Source: Patescibacteria group bacterium (GTDB lineage: Bacteria > Patescibacteriota > Minisyncoccia > UBA6257 > GWB1-50-10). Taken from it: a stretch of 64,000 nt of DNA. The DNA lies in the NCBI GenBank assembly GCA_038065455.1, contig JBBTQX010000008.1:32313-96312 (forward strand), in the 5' to 3' direction. Of this stretch, positions 20,137 through 30,296 are shown one piece after another. The notes beneath the pieces are model-generated. The model was given only the letters and a program-made list of their open reading frames with translations. It did no database searches and was not told the origin of the DNA. Within the stretch, counting starts at the first letter, position 1, and the number at the start of each line of letters is the position of its first letter. The position numbers were made by a program, and so were the translations under genes.

Positions 20137-21237
20137 TTATTGAGCGAAATATCTTTCGGCTAACCCGATTGCGACCGGCAATTCATTGTTTAATTTTTCG
20201 ATTACCGGTTCCAATTTAATGTCGTAACCGACATTTCGAAAAAGATTCTGGCTGATAATCGGCACGCTTATTTGGGAACCAAAATGTTCCGTTATCCCAA
20301 GCAGATTCGCTCCGCCGCCTATGAGCGAAACTTTTTCCACCTTCTTTCCGTAACGCCGTTCGTAAGCGTCTTTAGCGTGATTCACCTCCTGTATTATAAC
20401 ATCCAAGAACGGTTGGGTTAAAGTTGATAACTCCGATTCTGCTCCGCCCGAGAGAAGCCCCCGTCGGCGTTTCAATTCCTCCGCCCGCGCCACGCTTATG
20501 CCGAGACTCCGCGCAATCGCCTGCGTGAGATAAATGCCGCCGTAATCCGTCTGACCGGAATAAAAAATATCGGCGCCTTCGCTTAAAAAAATATTGGTCG
20601 TTTCCGCGCCCAAATCCACAAAAAGCGTCGGCTTTTCCGCCGGAAGCGAGCGAATAATAGACAAACCGTCCATCTCCAAAGCGACAAGTTTGAGTCCCGC
20701 TTCCCTGAAAATAGTTTTGTATCTTTGAATAATTTCCTTGGGAATGCCGATGAGAAATATTCTTTGGTAACGGACGCGGTCGGCATTGTCATATTCCCCC
20801 GCTTTCACCCAATCCAAAATCACCTCGCTCATCGGAAGCGGAATATATTGGGGCGCCTGAAACTCCACCGCCTTGCGGGTTTCTTCCGGAGAAAGAACCG
20901 GCATATCGAGCATTGTCGTAAAAGCGGTAAAAGCCGGAATAGACCCGACGGCGATGCGCGACTTTGTTTTCATTTCCCGCAGGAGGATTTTGAGCGTTTC
21001 CGCCGTCTCTTTCTCGGAAATCTTGAGTGAACTGGATTGAATAACCTGATTCGGATGAGCTAGATAATCTTTGGTTTCCAGAATACCGTAATTTATTAGA
21101 ACCGGGCGCTCTTCTTTCCGGGAAAGTTCTGCTATCTTTATTGAAGTAGTACCGATATCGACACCTAGAACCGACCGGCCCCCAAAAAAATTGCCGATAT
21201 CCGCGAAAAAATTGGAGATAGGATTTAAAAATTTCAT
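20137..21237 (-). CDS. pilM: Type IV pilus assembly protein PilM
   Basis: LGVDIGTTSIK, QYIPLP, VDLGAETT, GGGANL. Confidence 0.93.
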   Translation of the reverse strand: MKFLNPISNFFADIGNFFGGRSVLGVDIGTTSIKIAELSRKEERPVLINYGILETKDYLAHPNQVIQSSSLKISEKETAETLKILLREMKTKSRIAVGSIPAFTAFTTMLDMPVLSPEETRKAVEFQAPQYIPLPMSEVILDWVKAGEYDNADRVRYQRIFLIGIPKEIIQRYKTIFREAGLKLVALEMDGLSIIRSLPAEKPTLFVDLGAETTNIFLSEGADIFYSGQTDYGGIYLTQAIARSLGISVARAEELKRRRGLLSGGAESELSTLTQPFLDVIIQEVNHAKDAYERRYGKKVEKVSLIGGGANLLGITEHFGSQISVPIISQNLFRNVGYDIKLEPVIEKLNNELPVAIGLAERYFAQ

Positions 21238-21245
21238 TCTATTTT

Positions 21246-21986
21246 ATGAGTTTATCACAATATCTCCTTAACATCATCTTCCCGCCCATCTGCCTCTCCT
21301 GCAAAAAATATATCGTTCCCGATAAAGAGAAGAAATTCCTTGTTTGCCCGGATTGTCTTTCCAAACTCTCCTTTATGCCGGGTTTTTTGTGCCCCGTCTG
21401 TTTCAGAAGATTGCCCGAAGGGAAAATTCCTCCAGCCGGCGGATGTCATTCCGACTCCCAGTTTATACTTGCCACTCCTCTCAAATATTCCGATCCAACG
21501 ACTCGGGAACTTATCCATATGTTCAAATATGCCAAGCTCAAAGCCGCCGCCGAGCCGCTCGTCTCCATTCTCGGGGATTATTTGAATTCGTCCATTTGTA
21601 ATTTGTCATTAGACATTAGGAATTTTGTTTTTATTCCCATTCCATTACATCCGAAAAAACAAAGGGAACGCGGTTTTAACCAGGCGCTCGTCATTGCCGA
21701 AGGATTGAAAACTCGACTGAATATCTTTCGGGAGGTTCCCATTATTTCCAACACGCTTTTCAAAAAAGAATCGACCAATTCCCAGACCGAACAGAAAGAT
21801 TACGCGTCGCGGGAGAATAATGTCCGCGGCGGCTTCGGCCTGAGAAATCCGGAACTCGTTGTTGAAAAGAATGTTTTTATTGTTGACGATGTTTTCACTT
21901 CCGGCGCCACGATGCGGGAGGCCGTCCGAGTTTTGAAATCCGCCGGCGCGAAAAAGATTGTCGCGATTACTATCGCAAAGGCGTAG
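21246..21986 (+). CDS. comF: Competence protein ComF (double Zn ribbon plus PRTase)
   Basis: FPPICLSC..CPDC..CPVC, PIPLH...RGFNQ, IVDDVFTSGAT. Confidence 0.93.
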   Translation: MSLSQYLLNIIFPPICLSCKKYIVPDKEKKFLVCPDCLSKLSFMPGFLCPVCFRRLPEGKIPPAGGCHSDSQFILATPLKYSDPTTRELIHMFKYAKLKAAAEPLVSILGDYLNSSICNLSLDIRNFVFIPIPLHPKKQRERGFNQALVIAEGLKTRLNIFREVPIISNTLFKKESTNSQTEQKDYASRENNVRGGFGLRNPELVVEKNVFIVDDVFTSGATMREAVRVLKSAGAKKIVAITIAKA

Positions 21987-21998
21987 GGGATTTTAATC

Positions 21999-24422
21999 TT
22001 ATCGCTCTCTAAAGATACGGCGCCTAAGAAGAGGGGTACTGTCAGCCGAAATTGTTTTTTCCGCTACACAGGAATTCCCATCCGAATCGGTTACCGTGAG
22101 CGAAACATCTAATGGCATCTTTTTAACGGTTTCTTTCGTCGGAGTAACCGAGGGGTTTTTTGGCTCGGCATCAAGAAATTCCCAAAAAATGCTCCCGGGC
22201 GTACTGGAACGATAATCCGTAGTATTGGTAAATGTTACGACTGATTCTTTCGCAAATTTAAGGGGCGTCCAAGTAAAATCTACTAACGGATAATAACGCG
22301 CCGGAGTTGTCATTGTTGCGGGGTTGGCAGAATCTTCCCAATCGGAGAATCCGGCGATGCCGTCCGAAGCCTGAACCGACACAAAAAATTCCGTACTGGC
22401 TCCTATATTGGCTATCGGGTTGTTTAACCTTCCAAACCGGTCGCTCCCTACTGAAACGGTGTCAATCGTCAAATTGTCGGAAGATTTAATTATTTTTATA
22501 TCGGCGGACGTTTGTGGGTTGCCATCCGGATCGGAATAATCCCAAGTTACCCGATAGAAAGGATTTGCTTGGCACCAAGCATCCGCCTCCCGGATAATCT
22601 GTACGTTAGAAACGACTGGCGGTTGATTTAAAATAACGGCGCTCACTGTGCAATTACTCGCTTTACTGACAGTACATTCCGGCTTGGTGAACGCCAGCCA
22701 GCCAACGATATCCCCGCCCCAGGCCGAACCTACAAAATTAATTGAATCAAAAGAAACTCCATATAAACTGCCGTCTGCCGCTGTTCCACCCAAACTCACC
22801 CAGCCGTCCCAATTCGGATTGCCGGTATTTTTCGGCGCGAGAAAACGCGCCCAGCCGGTAACGGCGCCGGTATTAAGATCTTTTCTTGCTTCGCAAATCC
22901 CTGATGGACAGTCAGCTAAATCGCTCTTATTAAAAGAGAGCCAGCCATAATCTTCATTGCTATCAATCGCCGCCCAAGCGGAACCCGAGAAAAGCCCGGC
23001 GCGGTCAATCTGAACGCTGTATTGAGGATCGCCGGTATTCCATGCCGGAATTTGATAATCGGAATTGAAATTCACCCACCCAACGCCTTTTCCATCGATT
23101 GTCGCCCAAGCATTACCCCGAAGGGAAAGCGCCATATTCAGATTTACGGAAACTAGTGTGGAATATTCGGAGTAAGAACCGCCAAAATCAGCTCTCACGC
23201 GATAGGTATATGTATGACCAAACGCCAAATTATCATCGAGATACTCCGCTCGAGCTTTAGCAGACGGCGGAAGAGCGATTTTCCCCGCCAGAGTTTCAGG
23301 GCCACCGCCAATAGACCGGTAAATATTGTAATTCCCAGAGTAGAGCGGATTCGGAAAAGTGTTATCCCAAGAAATTCTGACATTGCCCTTGGTTCCATTC
23401 ACATAATAAATCTGGGCCGTCGGATTCTGGGGCGCATTCGCGATTGTAACGGAAGAAATATTTGAAAAATCGGAACAGCCGCCGCTTGTCGTACAACCCC
23501 GCACTTTATAGGAATACTTCTGATTGGTGATAATACTGGAATCTTCATAATGAATCGTTCCACCGTTAGCCGTTTTCCCAAGAAAATTGGGTGAACCACC
23601 GAAAGGAGCGCGATGAATCTCGTAGTAATCCTGACCGGTGCCCGCCGTCCAACTCAAATTAACTTGACTTGGCCGAAATTGGTAAGGCGCGATAAGATCG
23701 GTCGGTGTTGTCGGCACCCCGATAGGCGTTGAAGGAATTTTATCGGAATAAATTTTATCTCCAGTCGCGCAGCCGTAATCGCTTTCAAAACTCCTAACTT
23801 GGTAATAGTAAACGCCCGCCGGGCTAATATTCCCGGTATAGAAATAGTGTCCGTTAATATCTTTGTTGCCAACGAGAGAAGTATAAAAATAAGTAAGATT
23901 TGAATCTGTCGTTCCGCGCCAAATTTCGAATCCGCCATACTGTGAGCTTGGCGGTGTTGCGTCATCCCAAATCAAATCAACTTGGCTGTCACCGCTCTTA
24001 CCGGTTACAACAAGATTTGACGGATTAGTTGGTTTGGTTAAGATTATTGTTTTTATCGTCAACGGACTTGAATCAACCCAATTTGAAACAGTTCCGTTGC
24101 TATTGTCCACCGCTTGAATGTGATATCGGTAATTCGAAAAGGAGTTGACGGGATTAATAGGTAAATTTAAATGTTCGGCGGTCAGGTTGGGCGTGGTCGC
24201 GACGGGTTTTACGCCGGTGTTGAAATCCCCAGCCGTCGTGTATTCGATAGAATAGGTAACGGTCGAAGGATTCCCATTCGCTTCCCAATTCAAATCAATC
24301 GCGCAGGCTGATTTGGCAGTGATATTAAAACCCACCGGCGGCTGAACTGCCGCGGAAACTAAAGTCGCCGAGGAGACGAAAAATCCCGAGAATAAAAAGA
24401 GAAGTATCGCGCGCTTGCTCAT
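21999..24422 (-). CDS. Large secreted protein with fibronectin type III repeats and a C-terminal PKD-like domain
   Basis: Signal peptide; repeated LxW...YxIxR...YxYxVRA; GxAW...GW repeats. Confidence 0.8.
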   Translation of the reverse strand: MSKRAILLFLFSGFFVSSATLVSAAVQPPVGFNITAKSACAIDLNWEANGNPSTVTYSIEYTTAGDFNTGVKPVATTPNLTAEHLNLPINPVNSFSNYRYHIQAVDNSNGTVSNWVDSSPLTIKTIILTKPTNPSNLVVTGKSGDSQVDLIWDDATPPSSQYGGFEIWRGTTDSNLTYFYTSLVGNKDINGHYFYTGNISPAGVYYYQVRSFESDYGCATGDKIYSDKIPSTPIGVPTTPTDLIAPYQFRPSQVNLSWTAGTGQDYYEIHRAPFGGSPNFLGKTANGGTIHYEDSSIITNQKYSYKVRGCTTSGGCSDFSNISSVTIANAPQNPTAQIYYVNGTKGNVRISWDNTFPNPLYSGNYNIYRSIGGGPETLAGKIALPPSAKARAEYLDDNLAFGHTYTYRVRADFGGSYSEYSTLVSVNLNMALSLRGNAWATIDGKGVGWVNFNSDYQIPAWNTGDPQYSVQIDRAGLFSGSAWAAIDSNEDYGWLSFNKSDLADCPSGICEARKDLNTGAVTGWARFLAPKNTGNPNWDGWVSLGGTAADGSLYGVSFDSINFVGSAWGGDIVGWLAFTKPECTVSKASNCTVSAVILNQPPVVSNVQIIREADAWCQANPFYRVTWDYSDPDGNPQTSADIKIIKSSDNLTIDTVSVGSDRFGRLNNPIANIGASTEFFVSVQASDGIAGFSDWEDSANPATMTTPARYYPLVDFTWTPLKFAKESVVTFTNTTDYRSSTPGSIFWEFLDAEPKNPSVTPTKETVKKMPLDVSLTVTDSDGNSCVAEKTISADSTPLLRRRIFRER

Positions 24423-24442
24423 TGAATTAATTATAGCAAAAT

Positions 24443-25504
24443 TCATGCCTTTTTGACGGAATAGTTTTCAGCGGCAAACTTATACTGTTCCAAAAAAATC
24501 TTCTTGAATGGCTGGATAGAATTCAATTCATAAAAGACGAGGGTTGCTTCCCGATAGTCGCTTTCTTCCACACTCCGGTAAGAAAGTGGCGCTAAATTAT
24601 TAGCCAAAAGAATGGCATTCGCGATTAATCGTCCAGTACGCTTGTTGCCATCTTCAAAGGGCTGGATATAGCTTATGCCCAACAAAGCGAAAAAAGCTTT
24701 GGCATAAGGATCCTTCTGTTTCCCTATCGAGGCAATGAAAGACTCAACTGCCTCCTCTATCTGAAATCTGTTGTCCAGAGGCATGTATTTGGATCCAGCA
24801 ACTCCGACTGCGGAACTGCGCCAACCCGTCTTTACGTTCAAATTTTTAACCAAAAGCTTGTGAACTTCCCTCATATTAACCTTGGTCAGTTTCTTAAATT
24901 CCTTGACGTTATTAAAAACCAGGTTAAACGCTTCCTTATGATTCAATATCATTTGTGCTTCTTCTCTCCCGTGGCCAGCCGCTTTCTCTCCCCTAATCAA
25001 AAGTTTTTCCGTATCCAGCAAGGTATATGTATTACCTTCTATTTTGGAAGACTTCCAAGACAGTTCTATCACAAACCTTTCCAGTTCTTTTTTGGATATC
25101 GCAGGAGAAAGATTTTTTATTTTTTTCCCATACTCCAAAGTTTTAACCTCCAAGAGGTTCTTTTCTTCTTTTTGGAAAGGGTTAAGCTTAAAATATTCAA
25201 GCAGATTAAAATTGAACTTGGAATCGCCGAATCTCTTATCGGGTTCTCCGAAACAATATTCCTTTGCGTTAATCTCCGCGCTAAAGCGTCCTGGAACGGC
25301 TATTTTATAAACGGTGGATCTGCCGAATCCGGAAACCTCCAAAAACCCGACCCGACTCATCTCCGAAAGGCTTCTTTTTACCGTAACCAAAGATGTTTTC
25401 TCGCCGGATTTTAAAAGTAAGTCATGGACGCCGGATGATTGCTGATTTCCGTTCTTTAAAAACAGAAGAATTATCAACTGTTGGTTTTTGGTTAATTTAT
25501 CCAT
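24443..25504 (-). CDS. HTH-Fic protein
   Basis: Inhibitory motif SSKIEGN; Fic motif variant QPFEDGNKRTGR. Confidence 0.9.
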   Translation of the reverse strand: MDKLTKNQQLIILLFLKNGNQQSSGVHDLLLKSGEKTSLVTVKRSLSEMSRVGFLEVSGFGRSTVYKIAVPGRFSAEINAKEYCFGEPDKRFGDSKFNFNLLEYFKLNPFQKEEKNLLEVKTLEYGKKIKNLSPAISKKELERFVIELSWKSSKIEGNTYTLLDTEKLLIRGEKAAGHGREEAQMILNHKEAFNLVFNNVKEFKKLTKVNMREVHKLLVKNLNVKTGWRSSAVGVAGSKYMPLDNRFQIEEAVESFIASIGKQKDPYAKAFFALLGISYIQPFEDGNKRTGRLIANAILLANNLAPLSYRSVEESDYREATLVFYELNSIQPFKKIFLEQYKFAAENYSVKKA

Positions 25505-25527
25505 TTCTTTCGTATCTTTTTAACCAT

Positions 25528-25554
25528 ATAATCGTATCATATTGATACGATTAT
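25528..25554. promoter_or_regulatory. Palindromic operator upstream of fic; identical copy at 30747-30773
   Basis: ATAATCGTATCA-TAT-TGATACGATTAT. Confidence 0.7.
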
Positions 25555-25565
25555 TTAAAATGGGG

Positions 25566-25730
25566 TTAGAACTTATATGTTTTTTCCGATCTTTTTTCCA
25601 GCGCGATGATAAAAATGCTGTTTTTGTCCGAAACGCGGAAGATAACACGCATATTCCCCTTTCTGACTCGGAATAAATCATCCCGCCCTTTGAGTTTTTT
25701 AATATCTAAGGTGGCAATATCGCTTTTATG
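25566..25730 (-). pseudogene. 5'-truncated RelE/ParE toxin
   Basis: LDIKKLKGRDDLFRVRKGNMRVIFRV...LEKRSEKTYKF*, paralogous to 30812-31051; no start codon upstream of the homologous part. Confidence 0.8.
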
Positions 25731-25751
25731 GCAAAAAGTATATCGTGATCT

Positions 25752-26507
25752 CTATGCAATTTGTCTTTTCATTTCGTCTTCGAGCATCCGGCTGAAATCC
25801 CGGATTATGGCCTGCTGATCGGCCGGCAGAAACGCCCCCAATTCTCCGTGAAAATCTATTTCTCTCGCGTTTTTTGTTATTTCATCCTTCACATCCGCCA
25901 ACTTCCTTTTTTGTTCGGATGAAAGCATTCTCTTTCTCATCAAAAAATACAAATCATAAAAGTCGCGGGGCTTCTTCCGTTCCAAAAGAGCACCGAATAT
26001 TTTTTCTTCAACCAGCTCCATTTGCGACAGATGAACCGCCGTATAGGGGGGAATGAAATCGCTTGCCACGCTGTCTATCTCGGCCTTGATTTCCCTGCCA
26101 TTTCGGGCGGAAACGTTTATTTCTACCCCCACCGGCGGATAGTCGAGCGCGCGGAGGGTCGCCAATCCGAAATAACCGCCGCTCGTCGTTCCGAAGCGTT
26201 CGCCGAGTTCCACGCGAACGCCAAAATTTTCCATGGTAGCCAGAATCTTGATAAATAAGCTTTCCACGAAATATTTCGTTTTATTCGAATGAACCTGTGT
26301 CAGTGAAAAATCCAAATCCTCGGAAAAACGCGGACTGCCATAAATGATGCGTAGAGCCGTGCCGCCCTTGAAAAGCAATTTTTCCGATTCCGGCAGTTTG
26401 TAAAGCTCGCTTAAAAAAATGTGCTGGAAATATTCCCGGATGATATTCGGAAAAACGCCTGTCTGGCATTGGGCGGCCAATTTTTCCAAACTTTCCGATG
26501 AAATCAT
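25752..26507 (-). CDS. AbiEii-family nucleotidyltransferase toxin (type IV TA)
   Basis: LFKGGTALR..YGSPRFSEDLDF, EK..ALL.R.KPRDFYD. Confidence 0.93.
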   Translation of the reverse strand: MISSESLEKLAAQCQTGVFPNIIREYFQHIFLSELYKLPESEKLLFKGGTALRIIYGSPRFSEDLDFSLTQVHSNKTKYFVESLFIKILATMENFGVRVELGERFGTTSGGYFGLATLRALDYPPVGVEINVSARNGREIKAEIDSVASDFIPPYTAVHLSQMELVEEKIFGALLERKKPRDFYDLYFLMRKRMLSSEQKRKLADVKDEITKNAREIDFHGELGAFLPADQQAIIRDFSRMLEDEMKRQIA

Positions 26508-27103
26508 TTTAGAGTCCTTTTTATAATACCTATAAGTTCCCGGTTTTGAAACAATGAGGCGTATTGAATCGCTTTATTCGGATTTATTCTTTCCTTATTG
26601 AACCGCGACAGCGGCTTCAATCTATCCAGCATCCTAAAGTAGTTGGTGTCAACGAAAGCTTTTTCCGGACTGGCGATGAAAAACCCCATTCCTTTTTGTT
26701 TTACAATGCCATAGCCGGCGAACGCCGTTTTTTTCACTCGCCGATATGAATAAATCTTGCCTAGAATTTTGAAGCGCCGGGGATTTTTCGAGGTGATCGA
26801 GGTAATCTCGTAAACGTTTTCCGGAATGACGCGATGGTAAGACAAGGCCAATTCGAGAGAAATATAGGATGGTTCGCACATTTTGTTCGCGATGAAAAAT
26901 TCCGTCGGCAAAGCGTCGGGGAAAGCGTAAATCCCCCGTTTCAACCGGACAATGAAGCCTTTCTTGGTATACCGATAAAGAAGGAAACTGGCCGCAATTT
27001 TGGAACTCCCGAACAACCGGCAAACATCCAGAGCAGAGAAGACAAGTAGTTTTTTCCCTTTTATTTCCTTGTTAAAACTATGCCAATTCACTAATTTAGC
27101 CAT
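26504..27103 (-). CDS. AbiEi-family antitoxin
   Basis: wHTH RLKRGIY, PSYISLELALSYH..IPE, ASPEKAFVD. Confidence 0.9.
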   Translation of the reverse strand: MAKLVNWHSFNKEIKGKKLLVFSALDVCRLFGSSKIAASFLLYRYTKKGFIVRLKRGIYAFPDALPTEFFIANKMCEPSYISLELALSYHRVIPENVYEITSITSKNPRRFKILGKIYSYRRVKKTAFAGYGIVKQKGMGFFIASPEKAFVDTNYFRMLDRLKPLSRFNKERINPNKAIQYASLFQNRELIGIIKRTLK

Positions 27104-27283
27104 ATTGCTAACTTACTGGAATGACGTTAAAAAGTCAAGCAATTACCGAGATTAATGGTTGTTAATGGGTCAGCCACCATTGTTTGTTCTCGGTCTTCCT
27201 ACCCCTCTTAATGTCTGTTCAAGGTCAAATTTTTTCACCGTACTGCCTATCCAATTATCACCGCCATAAGGATTCCCTTTATC

Positions 27284-27304
27284 TTACGAAGTCGGACTTC
27301 GTAA
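27284..27304. repeat. REP-like palindrome; copy at 32800-32820, variants near 31602 and 32730
   Basis: TTACGAAGTC-G-GACTTCGTAA. Confidence 0.85.
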
Positions 27305-27345
27305 AATTCGATAAAATGGGTGGAAAAACAAGGAGAAGGGAAAGG

Positions 27346-27612
27346 ATGAAAATAAAATTTAATGACGGCTGGGCTTTTGCGATCGTGAACGGCCGTTTGG
27401 CTGAAATTCACTTTGATAAAAAATACGGCCCTTGGGGCCATTGCTATGTTAATAAAGAAGAATATAAAACAAAGCGAGAACAAAAATGGATTAAAGAAGA
27501 CACCCTAAAATATCAATTTTCTTATAGGAGCGGTTATTACTTTGATAAAATTAGGAAAATAAGATTTAAAATACCAAGCCGACAGAAATTATTTTCTGAT
27601 TCAATTTTGTAA
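27346..27612 (+). CDS. Hypothetical protein (88 aa, basic)
   Basis: Purine-rich RBS before ATG 27346; WAFAIVNGRLAEIHF...WGHCYV. Confidence 0.6.
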   Translation: MKIKFNDGWAFAIVNGRLAEIHFDKKYGPWGHCYVNKEEYKTKREQKWIKEDTLKYQFSYRSGYYFDKIRKIRFKIPSRQKLFSDSIL

Positions 27613-27614
27613 GA

Positions 27615-27860
27615 TCACTTCGGATGCGTTCTGATATCAAGGAGAATATAAGTATTACCTTCAATTAAAAAATAAAAGCGGATATTTCTATCTACTCTGG
27701 CCTGCCAAATCCCGCGGGCCTCTTCGTATTTCTTTGCGCGCAGAGAAGGGTGCCGCAAATCCCGAAGAAGAAAACTAACTTGTTTATAGAATTTATTTCT
27801 AACTTCCGGAGAAAACTTTTTCAAGCTCTCCTTAAATCCGATATAATACCAAACGATCAT
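27615..27860 (-). CDS. RelE/ParE-family toxin
   Basis: FKESLKK...HPSLRAKKY...WQARVD...RFYF. Confidence 0.85.
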   Translation of the reverse strand: MIVWYYIGFKESLKKFSPEVRNKFYKQVSFLLRDLRHPSLRAKKYEEARGIWQARVDRNIRFYFLIEGNTYILLDIRTHPK

Positions 27861-28072
27861 TACCTCTCTAATGAGTATCTAAGAGCTTTTACGGAAGAAA
27901 ATGGCCCTTTTATCTTCTCTTTCTTTACTTCTCTGATCACCTTATCCAAATCAACGTCTAATTTTGTATATTTTTTTTTCACTACACGCAAAAACCGCTC
28001 ATACTCTTTACGAGGAATAGCCACAAGCTCTTCGCCTTTGGTTATTTTTTGAGGAATAGTAATAGTAGTCAT
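27860..28072 (-). CDS. Cognate antitoxin
   Basis: TITIPQ...ELVAIPRKEYE...GPFSS; start/stop overlap with the toxin; paralog at 50499. Confidence 0.8.
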   Translation of the reverse strand: MTTITIPQKITKGEELVAIPRKEYERFLRVVKKKYTKLDVDLDKVIREVKKEKIKGPFSSVKALRYSLER

Positions 28073-28193
28073 GCATTTACCTTACCATGGTCAAACAAAC
28101 GAAATCAAACTGTCAAAAGGAGGGCGGATTCACAAAAAACACCGTCACCCCGAAACAAAAGCGCAGAAAATTATCTCTCATCTTCATTTATTA

Positions 28194-29306
28194 TGCATAA
28201 GGCCACATACATATTGCACTCGGTGAAGCCAGCGCTTCACCATGAAAATCCATTGTAAATATGCCGGCATCAAGGGGAGTATGACTGTCTATCGGGACGC
28301 GCTACGCTACCGGTATATGATCCGACCCCAAGCGTTGCGGAAGGCAAAAATCCTCGCCTTCGCTGAAAAGCACGGCACCTTGACTGCGCTCGAGGCCTTT
28401 GAGGTGAAGCGGCGCACGTTCTTTGACTGGAAAAAGAAGTGGGTAGCGGGCGGGAAGATTCCCGAGACACTCAACGGGAAATCACGGGCGCCGAGGACAA
28501 AACGGAAGCGCCGGTGGTCCGATGAGGTGATTGCCGAGATCAAGCGGCAGCGCTGGGAGCATCCCAATCTCGGCAAGGATAAACTGCATCCGCTTCTTGC
28601 CGAATTCTGCGCCGAGAAGAAGCTGGCTTGCCCTCAGTCAAAGACCATCGGACGGTTGATCGCGGATCTGGGCGGATTGCGGATGCACCCCAAAAAGATC
28701 TCGCACTTCGGAAAAATCAAGATCGCCAACCGTCAAAAAGTGTTGAGAAAACCTATGGATTTCAAGGCCGAGTATCCTGGCCACTGCGTGGCCCTGGACA
28801 CCATTGAGAAGCACGTTGGGGGCAGACGCTATTACGTGATCACGTTTGAAGACCTGTTTACACGATTTTGCTTCGCCTGGGAAACGACCTCGCACGCATC
28901 GCTTGCGGCAAAAGAGTTTTTTACGCTTTGCCTTAAGGTTTTTCCGTTCCCGATTTCTTTTGTCCTTACGGACAACGGCAGCGAGTTCATGAAACACTTT
29001 GACGCAGAGCTCCGCCGGCTCCACCTCGTCCATTATCATACTTATCCGAAGACGCCAAAGATGAATGTGCACATGGAGCGGTTCAATCGCACCGTCCAAG
29101 ACGAGTTTGTGGATTATCACACAGCTGATCTGCAAACGCCGGATGCGTTCAACCGCAAGCTCGTGGACTATCTCGTCTGGTACAATACGAAGCGTGTGCA
29201 CTATGCTTTCAAAAACAAATTATCACCCGTGCAGTTCATGCTACAATTACCACAACTAGCAGTCGCAAAAATGCCCACCGAGTGCAAAAGTGGGTGGCCT
29301 CATACA
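28194..29306 (+). mobile_element. IS481-family insertion sequence, copy 1 (1113 bp)
   Basis: Imperfect ~31-bp TIRs TGCATAAGGCCAC...TTGCACTCGGTG; 5-bp TSD TATTA (28189-93 and 29307-11). Confidence 0.92.
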
Positions 29307-29381
29307 TATTATAGCAAAATGACCAAATTTATGGTAAAATTAAAGTATGGAGAAATATTTTTGGGATACGAATCCCGATAA
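28242..29381 (+). CDS. DDE (rve) transposase
   Basis: ALDTI, LTDNGSEF, ERFNRTVQDEF, YNTKRVH. Confidence 0.92.
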   Translation: MKIHCKYAGIKGSMTVYRDALRYRYMIRPQALRKAKILAFAEKHGTLTALEAFEVKRRTFFDWKKKWVAGGKIPETLNGKSRAPRTKRKRRWSDEVIAEIKRQRWEHPNLGKDKLHPLLAEFCAEKKLACPQSKTIGRLIADLGGLRMHPKKISHFGKIKIANRQKVLRKPMDFKAEYPGHCVALDTIEKHVGGRRYYVITFEDLFTRFCFAWETTSHASLAAKEFFTLCLKVFPFPISFVLTDNGSEFMKHFDAELRRLHLVHYHTYPKTPKMNVHMERFNRTVQDEFVDYHTADLQTPDAFNRKLVDYLVWYNTKRVHYAFKNKLSPVQFMLQLPQLAVAKMPTECKSGWPHTYYSKMTKFMVKLKYGEIFLGYESR

Positions 29382-29562
29382 ATTGGATTTTAAAACAAAT
29401 AAAAAATATATTATAGAACGTATCCTGGAAATGGGCGACGAAGAGGCGGTTCGTCGGCTTTTCGGCATATTTTCAAAAAAAGATATCCTTGAAGTTGTTG
29501 GGAACAACCGCCGAATTTCCCCAAAAAGCGCTAATTATTGGAGGTTGTTGCTAACTCGCTAA
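29347..29562 (+). CDS. DUF6922-like small antitoxin partner
   Basis: YFWDTNPDKLD...YIIERILEMGD...ANYW. Confidence 0.8.
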   Translation: MEKYFWDTNPDKLDFKTNKKYIIERILEMGDEEAVRRLFGIFSKKDILEVVGNNRRISPKSANYWRLLLTR

Positions 29563-29574
29563 CCCCGCACAAAA

Positions 29575-30201
29575 ATGGACTTCCATAAAGAAATTCTTCC
29601 GGCTGGCACGTTGGAAACATTTTCTAAATTGTCCCATTCTTCCTTGATTGGAAATTTCTATTTAGCCGGCGGGACGGGTCTGGCGCTTCAACTGGGACAC
29701 CGTTTTTCAAACGATCTGGATTTTTTTACGCCTAAAAAATTCAACGAGGAAACAACGCTTCAGGAAATAATTTCTTTGGGAAAATTAAGACTTGAAAAGA
29801 AAGAAGCACAAGCCATTGTGTGCCAATTAGATGAAACGAAACTGTCGTTTTTGGGATATGGATATCCCCTACTTGAACCGCTTAAACATTTTGACGGCAT
29901 ATCTGTGGCTGAAATATCTGATATCGCCTGTATGAAAATTGACGCCATCGCCAGTCGGGGAACAAAGAGAGATTTTATTGATGTGTACTTCGTTATGAAA
30001 GAGATAATGCCACTCAATGAGATACTGGCTAATTTCAAAAAAAAATATGCTAAGTTGAATTATAATACCGTGCATATCAAAAAAAGTTTGGTATATTTCA
30101 ACGACGCAGAAAATGACGCAATGCCGCGGATGATAAAGCCGGTCTACTGGGAGAAAGTGAAAGAAACATTCGAAAGCGAGGTAAAAAAACTCGGACTATA
30201 G
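29575..30201 (+). CDS. AbiEii-like nucleotidyltransferase
   Basis: FYLAGGTGLALQLGHRFSNDLDFF, MKIDAIASRGTKRDFIDVY, KSLVYFNDA. Confidence 0.9.
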   Translation: MDFHKEILPAGTLETFSKLSHSSLIGNFYLAGGTGLALQLGHRFSNDLDFFTPKKFNEETTLQEIISLGKLRLEKKEAQAIVCQLDETKLSFLGYGYPLLEPLKHFDGISVAEISDIACMKIDAIASRGTKRDFIDVYFVMKEIMPLNEILANFKKKYAKLNYNTVHIKKSLVYFNDAENDAMPRMIKPVYWEKVKETFESEVKKLGL

Positions 30202-30296
30202 ACTTTTCGTATCATTTTAATTCAAGATTTAGGGATGGGTTCACAGAAAACACCGTCACTCCGAAACAAAAGTGGAAAAGGTTTTTCCTCACCTGA

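Noticed and set aside
21428-21444. TCCAGCCGGCGGA (PPAGG) in comF as another palindromic insert
   Set aside because: Too short and imperfect to support without an ortholog alignment.
28638-29201. 187-aa antisense ORF in both IS copies
   Set aside because: Shadow of the transposase; its repetition only reflects the IS duplication.
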